NCBI GenBank assembly: GCA_017616015.1
Contig: JAFZYY010000030.1
Span: forward strand, 247,706 to 311,705
DNA length: 64,000 nt
Direction: 5' to 3'
Source of the DNA: Alphaproteobacteria bacterium
GTDB lineage: Bacteria; Pseudomonadota; Alphaproteobacteria; CAAGCB01; CAG-977
A program made the translations under genes and the position numbers. Positions 54,945 through 64,000 of this stretch are shown here, piece after piece (position 1 is the stretch's first letter; each line of letters starts with the position of its first letter). The notes under the pieces were generated by a model. The model searched no databases. It saw nothing but the letters and a program-made list of their open reading frames with translations, and had not been told where the DNA came from.

Positions 54945-56741
54945 TTGTTCGGGAAAAACTCTGAGATGCGTTTATATTCGAAATTTTTTGCTTTATTTGT
55001 TTTGATTTTGGCGTCGTGCGTTCCTTATCATACGGAAGCCGAGGCTCCGGTTTCCAAGGGAACGAAGGAAGACGCCCGTCCTGTTTCGGTCGGCAGCTAT
55101 CTGTTATATCTTCAGGCAAAGCAGGATAAAGATTTTTCCGCCGCCGTGCGCTATTTGCGTCAGGCGCTGAAGGAAGATCCGGATAATTCGGCATTGCAAA
55201 CGGAAATGTTTGCTCTTTTGTCCCTTGAAGGGCGGATTGACGACGCTTATCCCTATGCCGTCAAAGAATTGCAAACAAGCCCTGATTCTTTGCTGGCGTC
55301 TTTGGTCGTCGTGACGTATCACGCGTCGAAAGACGATTTCGCCGCCGCGCAAAAGCAAATAGATGCCTATCCTCTGAAAGAAGAAAACGCGTTTTTGCAT
55401 CCGTTGCTGGAAGTTTGGATTCAGGCCGGCATGAATGATCGGAAAAAAGCTCTGTTCTCTTTGGAACAAATAAATCAAAAAGGGTTGGAGACACTGTATC
55501 ATTTTCATGCGGCTCTGCTTTATGATTTATGGGACGATGAAGATCAGGCAAAAGAGCATTATGAAGCGCTGTTAGCCGAACCCGGCGGTCTGTCTTTAAG
55601 GGCGGCGCAGGCTTACGGGAATTTCTTATTGCGTCAGGGGGAAAAGAAAAAGTTTGATTCTCTGGTTCAGGCTTATCGGAAAGGCGCAAAATCTTATCCG
55701 TTGTTGGACGAGCTCTTTTTTACGGCGGGGGCTTCTTTGCCAAGCAAAAAAGTGCCTAAGAGCGTAGCAACGCCGAAAGCCGGATTGGCCGAAGCGTTTT
55801 TTGATATTTCAGGCAGTCTGGCGGATAAAGGAAATCCGGAAATTTCGTTGTATTTTACACGTTTCAGTCTGGTGTTGGATCCTTCTTTGTCGTTGGCGCG
55901 CGTTCTTTTGGGTGAAATTTATGAAAAACAGGAACGCTATGACGAAGCTTTGAAACTGTACGGCGAAGAAAAAGAAAATTCCGAGACATATTTCGCCAGT
56001 CAGGTGCGCATGGGAATTATTTTTTCCAAACAGGGGAATCTGAAAGGCGCGGAAAAGAAATTGCGCTCTTTGGCGGAAAAACGCCCGGAATTGGCTTTTC
56101 CGTGGATAGAGCTCGGCGATATTTTTATCACGAATAAAAAATACGAACAGGCCATAGACGCTTATTCCGAAGCGATTAACCGCGTTTCCGTTCCGAACAG
56201 GTCTCATTGGAGCTTGTTTTACAGCCGCGGCGCCGCTTATGAGCGCAACAAACAATGGGATCTGGCCGAACAGGATTTGCTGCAGGCATTGGTTCTGTCA
56301 CCCGATCAGCCGCTGACCTTAAACTATTTGGGGTATTCCTGGATAGAGCGCGGCAAAAATATATCCAAAGCCAAAGAAATGCTGGAAAGAGCCATTTTCC
56401 TTTCTCCGCGGGAAGGCTTTATTGCCGACAGTCTGGGGTGGGCGTATTATTTGCTGAAAGATTACGCGCGCGCCGCCGCCGTTTTGGAAAACGCTGTCAC
56501 TTTTGATCCGGGAAGCGGCGTGATCAACGATCATCTGGGCGATGCGTATTGGCGGATCGGCCGCAAGCGGGAAGCGCGCTATCAATGGACAAAGGCATTA
56601 AGCGTCAAAGACGATTTTTCTGAAGGGGATCGTCAGCGCGTCGAAGCTAAGTTGGAAAAAGGATTGGACGCGGTGGGGGATAAAATCCGCCAATTTCCGA
56701 CGTCCGCCGAAAAGAAGCAACAAACCAAAAAATCAAAATGA
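54945..56741 (+). CDS. TPR-repeat protein with signal peptide
   Basis: 598 aa, multiple TPR-like A/Y/L periodicities, N-terminal hydrophobic leader. Confidence 0.8.
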   Translation: MFGKNSEMRLYSKFFALFVLILASCVPYHTEAEAPVSKGTKEDARPVSVGSYLLYLQAKQDKDFSAAVRYLRQALKEDPDNSALQTEMFALLSLEGRIDDAYPYAVKELQTSPDSLLASLVVVTYHASKDDFAAAQKQIDAYPLKEENAFLHPLLEVWIQAGMNDRKKALFSLEQINQKGLETLYHFHAALLYDLWDDEDQAKEHYEALLAEPGGLSLRAAQAYGNFLLRQGEKKKFDSLVQAYRKGAKSYPLLDELFFTAGASLPSKKVPKSVATPKAGLAEAFFDISGSLADKGNPEISLYFTRFSLVLDPSLSLARVLLGEIYEKQERYDEALKLYGEEKENSETYFASQVRMGIIFSKQGNLKGAEKKLRSLAEKRPELAFPWIELGDIFITNKKYEQAIDAYSEAINRVSVPNRSHWSLFYSRGAAYERNKQWDLAEQDLLQALVLSPDQPLTLNYLGYSWIERGKNISKAKEMLERAIFLSPREGFIADSLGWAYYLLKDYARAAAVLENAVTFDPGSGVINDHLGDAYWRIGRKREARYQWTKALSVKDDFSEGDRQRVEAKLEKGLDAVGDKIRQFPTSAEKKQQTKKSK

Positions 56742-57595
56742 GCGGCATATCCTTTCAGGCTCCGGCTAAAGTCAATCTTTATCTGCACGTGACGGGACGA
56801 CGGGCGGACGGGTATCATTTGTTGGACAGTCTGTTTGTTTTTGCAAAGGACGGCGATGTGATTACGGTTTGGGACGCCGAAGATCTTTCGCTGGAAATTA
56901 CGGGGCCGTACGCCCGTTTTTTACCGGACGGACAGGATAATATCGTTTTAAAAGCTGCCCGTTCTTTGGCAAAAGCATGCGATATTCGTCCTCAAGCCAA
57001 AATCCTTCTTGAAAAAAATCTGCCGGTTGCTTCCGGCATCGGCGGCGGATCGGCGGACGCGGCGGCCGCTTTGAAGGCTTTGATTCAGCTTTGGAATTTA
57101 AAGATTCCTTCGGATAAATTGCATCAAATCGCTTTGGATTTGGGAGCCGATGTGCCGTCCTGTCTGGCGTCCGAAGCCGTTCAGGTGGCGGGAATCGGAG
57201 ATATTTTAACGCCGGCGCCCGCGTTGCCGAAACTTTTTGTTTTGCTGGTCAATCCGAATAAGCCGGTTTCCACGCCGTTGGTTTTTAAAACGCGCTCTCC
57301 CGTTTTTTCAAAAGCGGAGCCTTTTACGCGGCCGATAACTGATTTTAATCAGTTTATTAACGCCTTGTCCGAACGGCATAACGACTTATGCGATGCAGCC
57401 TGTCAGATAGAGCCGGCCGTTGCTCAGGTGCTTCGTACGTTGAAAGAATATCCGTCCTGCCGATTGGCCAGAATGTCGGGCAGCGGCGGAACCTGTTTCG
57501 GTCTTTTCCCTTCTGCGGCGGAAGCGAATACTGTTTGTGATGCAATGCGCCGTTCTCACCCGGATTGGTGGTTTCTAAATACAATAATAGAGTAA
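56738..57595 (+). CDS. ispE: 4-(cytidine 5'-diphospho)-2-C-methyl-D-erythritol kinase
   Basis: PAKVNLYLHVTGRRADGYHLL and PVASGIGGGSADAAAAL GHMP-kinase motifs. ATGA overlap with the TPR gene. Confidence 0.9.
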   Translation: MSGISFQAPAKVNLYLHVTGRRADGYHLLDSLFVFAKDGDVITVWDAEDLSLEITGPYARFLPDGQDNIVLKAARSLAKACDIRPQAKILLEKNLPVASGIGGGSADAAAALKALIQLWNLKIPSDKLHQIALDLGADVPSCLASEAVQVAGIGDILTPAPALPKLFVLLVNPNKPVSTPLVFKTRSPVFSKAEPFTRPITDFNQFINALSERHNDLCDAACQIEPAVAQVLRTLKEYPSCRLARMSGSGGTCFGLFPSAAEANTVCDAMRRSHPDWWFLNTIIE

Positions 57596-57687
57596 AAAGC
57601 GCTTGTCGGAAGATGTTTACTTATGTATAAAAAAGACTAAGTGTCTGCTGACAACGCTTCAGTAACTCTTATCAGGAGAAAATCTGT

Positions 57688-58896
57688 ATGTTAAAAAACC
57701 GTTCTTTATCATTATTCGCGATGGCTTTGAGCTCCGTTTTGCTGTTAAACGGCTGTTGGAAGAAAAAAGAAACGACGGCAATGCAAATGGTGCAAAAACC
57801 ACATGTGACGGTTGAAAGAGCTTCTTACAAGTCGTATATGGAAAAATTCAATTTTCCCGGCCGCGTGGAAGCTGTCAGTACCGTAACGCTTAAAGCTCGC
57901 GTCGCCGGTTTTTTGAAAGACAGACTTTTTGAAGAAGGCGATATCGTCAAAAAAGGGCAGTTGTTGTTTACGTTGGAACGCGAACCGTTCGAAGCAAAAG
58001 TCGCCGAAGCTTCCGCCAATCTGACAAAGGCTGAAGCTGATGCCAAAAACGCCAGACTGAAATTGGATCGCGCTCTGGAATTGCGCAAAACGGGCAACGT
58101 TTCACAGGCCACGCTTGATGCGCGCGAAGCGGAAAACAGCATTGCCAAAGGCCAGGTGCTGCAAGCGCAGGCCGCTTTGAATTTGGCGAAGTTGGATTTA
58201 AGCTATACCAGCATTAAAGCTCCGTTTACCGGAAAAATCGGTTTGGCGGATTATTCTTTGGGCGAATATCTGCCGGTTAACACAACGCTGGCCACGATCG
58301 TCAGTTTTGATCCGATTTATGTTTTGTTCTCCGTTTCCGAACGCGAATTGCTGTCCATGCAAAATACGGGCGTTTTAAAACCGGGCAATGATGATTTGGC
58401 AATTTCTTTGCTTATGGCGGATTCTTCGGTTTACCGCTATGACGGCCGGATTAATTTTACAGATGTCGTCGTTGACGATTCAACGGATACGGTAAAAATG
58501 CGCGCCGTTTTCCCGAACCCTTCCAAACAGCTGGTATCGGGACAATTTGTTTCCGTTTTGCTGGAATATAACGCGCCCGTTGAAAAAATCGTTATTCCTC
58601 AGACGGCGATTATGTCTTCCGTCGCGTCAAAGTATGTTTATGTCGTTGACGCGCAAAACAAGATCATCAACAAACCGATCCGGGTCGGTGTGGAACAAGG
58701 CAAAGACATTGTTGTTCTGGAAGGGCTGGAAGCCGGCGAACGCGTTGTTGTCGACGGATTGCAGAAAGTGCGCCCGGGACAGGAAGTTGTAATCGATTCT
58801 CCCGCTACGGTAAGAACTCAGCCCGTTAAAACGGCCGTTCAGCCGACTGAAAAAACGGCGACGGATAAAAAAGTTCCGGAAAAGACTAAAAAATAA
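57688..58896 (+). CDS. RND efflux periplasmic adaptor (MexA/AcrA family)
   Basis: Lipoprotein signal (LLNGC), coiled-coil hairpin, barrel domains. 402 aa. Confidence 0.9.
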   Translation: MLKNRSLSLFAMALSSVLLLNGCWKKKETTAMQMVQKPHVTVERASYKSYMEKFNFPGRVEAVSTVTLKARVAGFLKDRLFEEGDIVKKGQLLFTLEREPFEAKVAEASANLTKAEADAKNARLKLDRALELRKTGNVSQATLDAREAENSIAKGQVLQAQAALNLAKLDLSYTSIKAPFTGKIGLADYSLGEYLPVNTTLATIVSFDPIYVLFSVSERELLSMQNTGVLKPGNDDLAISLLMADSSVYRYDGRINFTDVVVDDSTDTVKMRAVFPNPSKQLVSGQFVSVLLEYNAPVEKIVIPQTAIMSSVASKYVYVVDAQNKIINKPIRVGVEQGKDIVVLEGLEAGERVVVDGLQKVRPGQEVVIDSPATVRTQPVKTAVQPTEKTATDKKVPEKTKK

Positions 58897-58907
58897 GGAT
58901 AACGCTG

Positions 58908-61900
58908 ATGTTTTCCCGTATTTTTATTAAAAGACCCCGTTTGGCGATCGTTGTTTCTTTGGTGATCACGATTGCCGGTTTGATTTCGTTAAAAAACATT
59001 CCGGTGGCGCAGCTGCCGGATGTCGTTCCGCCTTCCGTGATGGTGTCCGCCAGGTATCCGGGCGCTTCCGCAGAAGTGATTGAACAGACTGTCGCGCAGA
59101 TTATCGAATCTCAGGTCAACGGCGTTGACGACATGCTGTATATGGAATCAAGCAGTTCGAATGACGGCAGTTATTCTTTGACGGTAACGTTTGCTCCCGG
59201 AACTAATCCGGATATGGATACGGTGAACGTGCAAAACCGTATCAATCAAATATCGACAAAGTTGCCCGCCGAAGTGCAGCAGCAGGGCGTGACGGTTAAG
59301 AAAAGAACGTCAAACATGCTGTTGGGCTTTGTGCTGTATTCGCCGGATAATTCGCGTGACGACAGCTTTTTGGCCAACTATATGAATATCCGCGTTAAAG
59401 ACGTTCTGTCCCGTGTGCGCGGCGTCGGGGAAGTCAATACCTTCGGCGACAAGGACTTTTCCATGCGTGTCTGGCTGGATCCGCAAAAGTTGGCCAATCT
59501 GGGCGTCAGCAATGCGGAAGTCATGGCCGCGATTTCCTCTCAGAATATTCAGCCGGCGGTCGGATCGGTCGGGGCTTCTCCGGCGCCCGCGGATCAGCAG
59601 ATGCAATTTACAATAAAAACCGCAGGACGTTTAAGCACGCCCGAACAGTTCGGCGAAATTATCATTCGCGCGAATAAAGACGGCGGTTTGCTGAAGTTAA
59701 AAGATATCGCCAGAATCGAACTGGGAACGACTTCATATGCTTCCGGCGCGCAATATAACGGCAGAATCGCTTCCGGCGCGGTGATTAACCTAGCTCCCGG
59801 CGCAAACGCGATGGAAGTTGCCGCCGGTGTGAAAAACGAATTGCAGCGCATGAGAGAATTCTTTCCGGACGGCGTTGATTACGTTATCGTTTTCGATACG
59901 ACTCTGTTTATCGAATCAACCGTCAGCGAGGTCGTCCATACGATTTTTGAAGCGTTCGTTCTGGTTCTGCTGACGGTGTTCCTGTCTTTGGGAACATGGC
60001 GCGCGACACTGATTCCGGCGATTGCCGTGCCCGTGTCTTTAATAGGTACGTTTATTTTTATGGGTATGTTTGGCGTTTCGGCGAACACGGTTTCTTTGCT
60101 CTCCATCGTGCTGGTCATCGGTATCGTCGTTGATGACGCGATTATGGTTGTTGAAAATACCGAACGCGTGATCAGCGAAGAGCCCAATCTGTCCATTCCG
60201 GACGCGGTGGCAAAAGCTATGGGACAAATTACCGCGCCGATCATCGCGATTACGCTGGTGATTCTGTCGGTGTTTGTGCCCGTTATTTTCATTCCGGGCA
60301 TTACGGGACAGTTGTTCAAGCAGTTTGCCGTGACGGTGTCGTGCTCGATGATGATTTCGGCGATCAACGCTTTGACATTATCTCCGGCGTTGTGCGCGAT
60401 TTTGTTGCATCGCGAAGAAAAGAAGAAAAGAGGGCTGGTGCCTTGGGTCATGCGTCAGATCGACAGAGGAAGAGACGGTTACACTTCCGTTGTTAAACGG
60501 TTGGTGCGTCATTCGTCTTTGTCGATTTTGATTATCGCCGCGGTTGTCGCGGGCGCGTGGCAGTTAAATCGTATAACGCCGGCGGGGTTCCTGCCCGACG
60601 AAGATCAGGGCATGTTTATGATCGACGTTCAGTTGCCGGAAGGGGCTTCGCTGGATCGGACAAGGGAAGTTTTAAAACAGATTTATAATATTGTTAAAAA
60701 CAATCCTGCCGTTGACAATACGATGCAGGTCGCCGGTTTCAGTCTGATCGGCGGTAACGGCCCGAATATGGCGATGACAGTGGTGGGCTTGAAGCCGTAT
60801 GAATACAGACGCTCTCCGTCTATGCAGGTCAAAGCTATTTTGGCCGATGTGCAGCCTAAGTTCAATCAGGTGATGGGTGCGAATATCCGGGCGTTCAACC
60901 TGCCTGCCATTCCCGGCGTCGGCGTTGCCAACGGTTTTGACTACCGTTTGCAAAACGCGAACGGCGATCCCGTTGACCACATGGAAAAAGTGATGTATCA
61001 ACTGCTGATAGCGGCCAATCAGGACAGTATGTTGCGCATGGTGTACAGCACGTTCAACACGTCCACGCCGCAGCTGTTTTTGGAACTTGACCGCGTCAAA
61101 GCGCAAATGCTGGGCGTCAACATCAAAGACGTGTTCTATCAGCTGCAAACGACGCTGGGTTATGTTTACGTCAACGACTTTACGTTAAACGGCCGCGTGT
61201 ATCAGGTGAACGTGCAGGGGCGTGCCGATTCCCGCGCGACGCAGGAATCCGTTTCCCGCCTGTACGTCCAAAACAACAAAGGCGATATGGTTCCGTTGCG
61301 TTCTTTGATAACGATTAAGCCTGTCTTAGGGCCTTTGTCTTTGACGCGTTACAACAATACGATGACGGTTAAAATCAACGGTTCCGCGGCGCCGGGCTTC
61401 AGCTCGACTCAGGCGATGGACGAGATGGAAAAACTGTCCAAACAGCTTCTGCCGAAAGGCTACGAATACGAATGGACGGGTATGTCGCTGCAGGAAAAAA
61501 CGGCGGCGGGACAAATGCCGGTCATTTTGTTCCTTGCTTTCTTGTTCGCATATTTGTTCCTGGTCGCTTTGTATGAAAGCTGGATGATTCCGTTCCCCGT
61601 TTTGCTGTCTGTTTCCGTGGCGTTGTTGGGGGCTTTATGCTTCCTGTATACGTTGGGATTGGACAACAACGTGTATGCGCAAATCGGTATGGTTCTGCTG
61701 ATCGCTCAGGCTTCGAAAAACGCGATTTTGATCGTCGAGTTCGCAAAAGAGCTTCGGGAGCAGGGCGTAGAACCGGAAGAAGCGGCGATACAAGCGGCTT
61801 ACTTGCGTTTCCGTGCGGTGATGATGACGGCGGTTTCCTTTATTTTGGGCTTGTGGCCGCTGGTCATTGCGTCGGGGGCGGGCGCCATTGCCAGACGGTG

Positions 61901-62054
61901 CGTCGGCACGACGGTGTTCGGCGGCATGATTTTCGCGACGGCGTTTGGTATTTACGTTATTCCGATGCTGTTTGTCGTTTTTGTCAGACGGCGTGAAAAA
62001 TTCCATGCGAAGCGCAAAAAACGCCTGAAACAGCAACAGCCGGCAGAAGGCTAA
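58908..62054 (+). CDS. RND efflux permease (AcrB/MexB family)
   Basis: 1048 aa, 12 TM with two large periplasmic loops. Conserved VVDDAIMVVEN. Confidence 0.95.
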   Translation: MFSRIFIKRPRLAIVVSLVITIAGLISLKNIPVAQLPDVVPPSVMVSARYPGASAEVIEQTVAQIIESQVNGVDDMLYMESSSSNDGSYSLTVTFAPGTNPDMDTVNVQNRINQISTKLPAEVQQQGVTVKKRTSNMLLGFVLYSPDNSRDDSFLANYMNIRVKDVLSRVRGVGEVNTFGDKDFSMRVWLDPQKLANLGVSNAEVMAAISSQNIQPAVGSVGASPAPADQQMQFTIKTAGRLSTPEQFGEIIIRANKDGGLLKLKDIARIELGTTSYASGAQYNGRIASGAVINLAPGANAMEVAAGVKNELQRMREFFPDGVDYVIVFDTTLFIESTVSEVVHTIFEAFVLVLLTVFLSLGTWRATLIPAIAVPVSLIGTFIFMGMFGVSANTVSLLSIVLVIGIVVDDAIMVVENTERVISEEPNLSIPDAVAKAMGQITAPIIAITLVILSVFVPVIFIPGITGQLFKQFAVTVSCSMMISAINALTLSPALCAILLHREEKKKRGLVPWVMRQIDRGRDGYTSVVKRLVRHSSLSILIIAAVVAGAWQLNRITPAGFLPDEDQGMFMIDVQLPEGASLDRTREVLKQIYNIVKNNPAVDNTMQVAGFSLIGGNGPNMAMTVVGLKPYEYRRSPSMQVKAILADVQPKFNQVMGANIRAFNLPAIPGVGVANGFDYRLQNANGDPVDHMEKVMYQLLIAANQDSMLRMVYSTFNTSTPQLFLELDRVKAQMLGVNIKDVFYQLQTTLGYVYVNDFTLNGRVYQVNVQGRADSRATQESVSRLYVQNNKGDMVPLRSLITIKPVLGPLSLTRYNNTMTVKINGSAAPGFSSTQAMDEMEKLSKQLLPKGYEYEWTGMSLQEKTAAGQMPVILFLAFLFAYLFLVALYESWMIPFPVLLSVSVALLGALCFLYTLGLDNNVYAQIGMVLLIAQASKNAILIVEFAKELREQGVEPEEAAIQAAYLRFRAVMMTAVSFILGLWPLVIASGAGAIARRCVGTTVFGGMIFATAFGIYVIPMLFVVFVRRREKFHAKRKKRLKQQQPAEG

Positions 62055-62056
62055 AT

Positions 62057-62090
62057 AAAAAGCGGTTGAATTTTTTCAGCCGCTTTTTTT
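62057..62090. terminator. bidirectional rho-independent terminator
   Basis: aaaagcggttgaa-ttttt-tcagccgcttttttt between convergent genes. Confidence 0.6.
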
Positions 62091-62131
62091 GCCGGAAAGC
62101 CTATTCGTAATACGAAAAAGGCGGAAAAAAG

Positions 62132-62965
62132 CTATGTTTGTTTCAGCAATTTTTTCAGATTGGCGATGATGTTTTCGTAAGAAATCGCTTTGGCGTAAGG
62201 AAATTTTGCCTGATATTTTTTCCACGCTTCTTTCAAATCGGGGCTGTTTTCAATCTGATTCAAAATCGTTTTCGTGTCTGAAATCTTTTCAAAACTGTTG
62301 CGGTGTTTTGCCGTCGCCGTCAGAGCTTTTTCAAACACGGATTGATCGAAAGGTTGCGTCGAACTGAGAATATAAGAGTCGTAAAAATCTCTCGGTCGGG
62401 TATTGAATATGCTCCGGCGCAAGATCGTTTCTACCTTTTCAGCCAAGACGCTTTCGATGTTATATCCCATCAGAGAAACGATTTCTTCATCATCAAACAG
62501 ACACGGAAATTCATACGGGACGGCTTCGGGAGTAATGGCGTCTCCGGTTGAAACGTCGATGGATAACGGCGTTATGATCGTTTCAAAAACGGCGTCCATT
62601 TTAACGCAAAAGCCGCCGTAAAGATCTTCTTTCATAATCGCTTCGACGCTTTTGACCGTGAAAGTTATGCCGTCTTTCATATCAATCGCCGCGATCTTTT
62701 TTACATACTCGCGAATGGACGCTTCCGTCAGTATCAAATGAATCAATGTTGTGTCCAAGTCCGTTGTCGAACGGATATCCAACCCGACAAGTTTGGCTAC
62801 CAACATTCCGCCTTTGATGACGAACTTGTCTTTATATTCGGACTTTGCCAAACGCACAAGGAAGCGTTCAAACATATAGTTTTGCAAAACGACCTGCGCC
62901 GCGTTCCCGTTTTGCTTGGCATAAGCGTTGATTTTGCTTTTCAGGCTCATCGCTTTGGCGGTCAT
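62132..62965 (-). CDS. AbiEii/AbiGii-type nucleotidyltransferase toxin (DUF1814)
   Basis: 277 aa with VIKGGMLVAKLVGLDIRSTTDLD nucleotidyltransferase core. Start overlaps the upstream gene's stop. Confidence 0.75.
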   Translation of the reverse strand: MTAKAMSLKSKINAYAKQNGNAAQVVLQNYMFERFLVRLAKSEYKDKFVIKGGMLVAKLVGLDIRSTTDLDTTLIHLILTEASIREYVKKIAAIDMKDGITFTVKSVEAIMKEDLYGGFCVKMDAVFETIITPLSIDVSTGDAITPEAVPYEFPCLFDDEEIVSLMGYNIESVLAEKVETILRRSIFNTRPRDFYDSYILSSTQPFDQSVFEKALTATAKHRNSFEKISDTKTILNQIENSPDLKEAWKKYQAKFPYAKAISYENIIANLKKLLKQT

Positions 62966-63555
62966 AACAGCACCTCCAGATATTTTTTGATTTTTGAGCG
63001 AACATTTAATTTTTCCGCGTAGTCTGCCAATAAAGACAAATTTTTTCCGGCATATCCGGCGTAGCTTTTCACGGCGGTTAAAAAAGTTTCCTCATCAACA
63101 CGCCGACGGTCTTTCACCATATCACACAGCGTCCGCTCGACGTTATAGCAAGCGACCATGTTCCCGAACGTCGTTTTCCGTTCGATCCGCCCCAACGCGT
63201 GCAGTTCAGGTTTGACATAATAGCAAATACATTGAGAGCGCACCGCCACTGACAAACTGGCGTTTTTCGGAATGGAAACGGAATGAATAAAAGGCGTTCT
63301 GTTCGCCAGACCGTTTAAAAACAAAGCCGTGTCATGTGAAAAGACGATTTTCGGATTGTTCAGAGCCAACAAAAACATATCGTCCCGCGCCTGATCGGGC
63401 AAAGCGTAAACGCCGCGCCCGACACGCTCCAACACGCCCGACTTGACATACAAGGAAAGCGTCATTCGGGAAAAGCCCATAGCTTCAACCTGCGCGGTCG
63501 TAATAACGCCGTTTTCTTTCCTGATTGCGTTTAAAATTTCAGCGTTCAGCTCCAT
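62962..63555 (-). CDS. AbiEi-type antitoxin/transcriptional regulator
   Basis: N-terminal wHTH ITTAQVEAMGFSRMTLSLYVKSGVLERVGRGVY. 197 aa. 4-nt overlap with the toxin gene. Confidence 0.7.
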   Translation of the reverse strand: MELNAEILNAIRKENGVITTAQVEAMGFSRMTLSLYVKSGVLERVGRGVYALPDQARDDMFLLALNNPKIVFSHDTALFLNGLANRTPFIHSVSIPKNASLSVAVRSQCICYYVKPELHALGRIERKTTFGNMVACYNVERTLCDMVKDRRRVDEETFLTAVKSYAGYAGKNLSLLADYAEKLNVRSKIKKYLEVLL

Positions 63556-64000
63556 AGGGCACCTTTACATTCATATTGATATTTTATGTTCTATCGATAT
63601 GTTTGTAAAGTATTTTGTTTGCGGCGTCATCGAGCCCGTCGGTTCGTTCAAAGGTAGCAAGTAGGTGGTAAAATAGAAGTTTTTCTCCTGTTTTACCATC
63701 AGTAAAGTTTTCCGCTACCTCTTGTTTTTTTCTGTATACTCTTATTGATAAATTTAATTTGCTTTATGAAAAAAGTTGGTTAAAAATCAGATATGCTTTG
63801 TTGAAAAGCATAGGGCTTCAAACACCCTTTTATCTATGTCGCATTGTGTATGGCGACTAAAAAATTATACGCCGCAGACCGGAAGCGTCAACAGACGCGA
63901 CCGGACGGACGGCGCGCTATGGCAGATTTTTCTGCCGTGGCAAAGAACCGTAAACAAGGGAATACCGACGAAACAAGACACTACGAATGAATACGGCCGA

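Overview
The window has two parts. Roughly 1-44,100 is accessory DNA: a mosaic of integrated elements at a tRNA-Gln(CUG) gene. Roughly 44,100-64,000 is ordinary chromosome.

Accessory part, in order:
- A truncated Fic gene (1-757, minus strand).
- An AT-rich three-gene module (988-3965): a DUF262 gene frameshifted in a G5 run, an ABC-type ATPase, and an unknown protein.
- A decayed Y-family polymerase C-terminal remnant followed by an intact YolD-like gene, then an HU gene.
- A complete DNA phosphorothioation operon dndB-C-D-E-A (10900-16992). It is preceded on the same strand by a translationally coupled four-gene module (5701-10844: small ORF, SMC-like ATPase, small ORF, PLD-nuclease/SF2-helicase fusion). 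I read this as a phosphorothioate-dependent restriction partner that is not DndFGH-like.
- A 13 kb block (17.3-30.7 kb) with a short tyrosine recombinase, a DUF4143 ATPase, a second Fic gene, a DUF927-type replication protein, hipBA, and a long tyrosine integrase.
- A sharply delimited 13.4 kb island (30686-44093) bounded by a 44-bp direct repeat equal to the 3' end of tRNA-Gln. It carries a P4-type integrase, an AlbA_2/HATPase_c_4 regulator, a restriction-modification-like module (tandem gamma-class methyltransferase ORFs plus a GIY-YIG/SF2-helicase fusion), an HNH nuclease, and an AlpA-type excisionase next to the tRNA.
- Within that island, a tight AT-rich four-gene operon (39874-43341): P-loop kinase-like NTPase, 2-TM membrane protein, PIN-GNAT-PUA-like fusion, ASCH protein. 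This is my top candidate for an undescribed defence or toxin system.

Core part: marC, lepA, tRNA-Ser(GGA), a P-type Ca/Mg ATPase, UDG family 4, a TPR protein plus ispE, an RND efflux pair, and an AbiEi/AbiEii pair at the right edge.

No CRISPR array or rRNA was seen. Domain calls are from motifs I read directly in the translations; no database searches were run. The host looks proteobacterial from lepA and the TPR-ispE arrangement, but that is low confidence.
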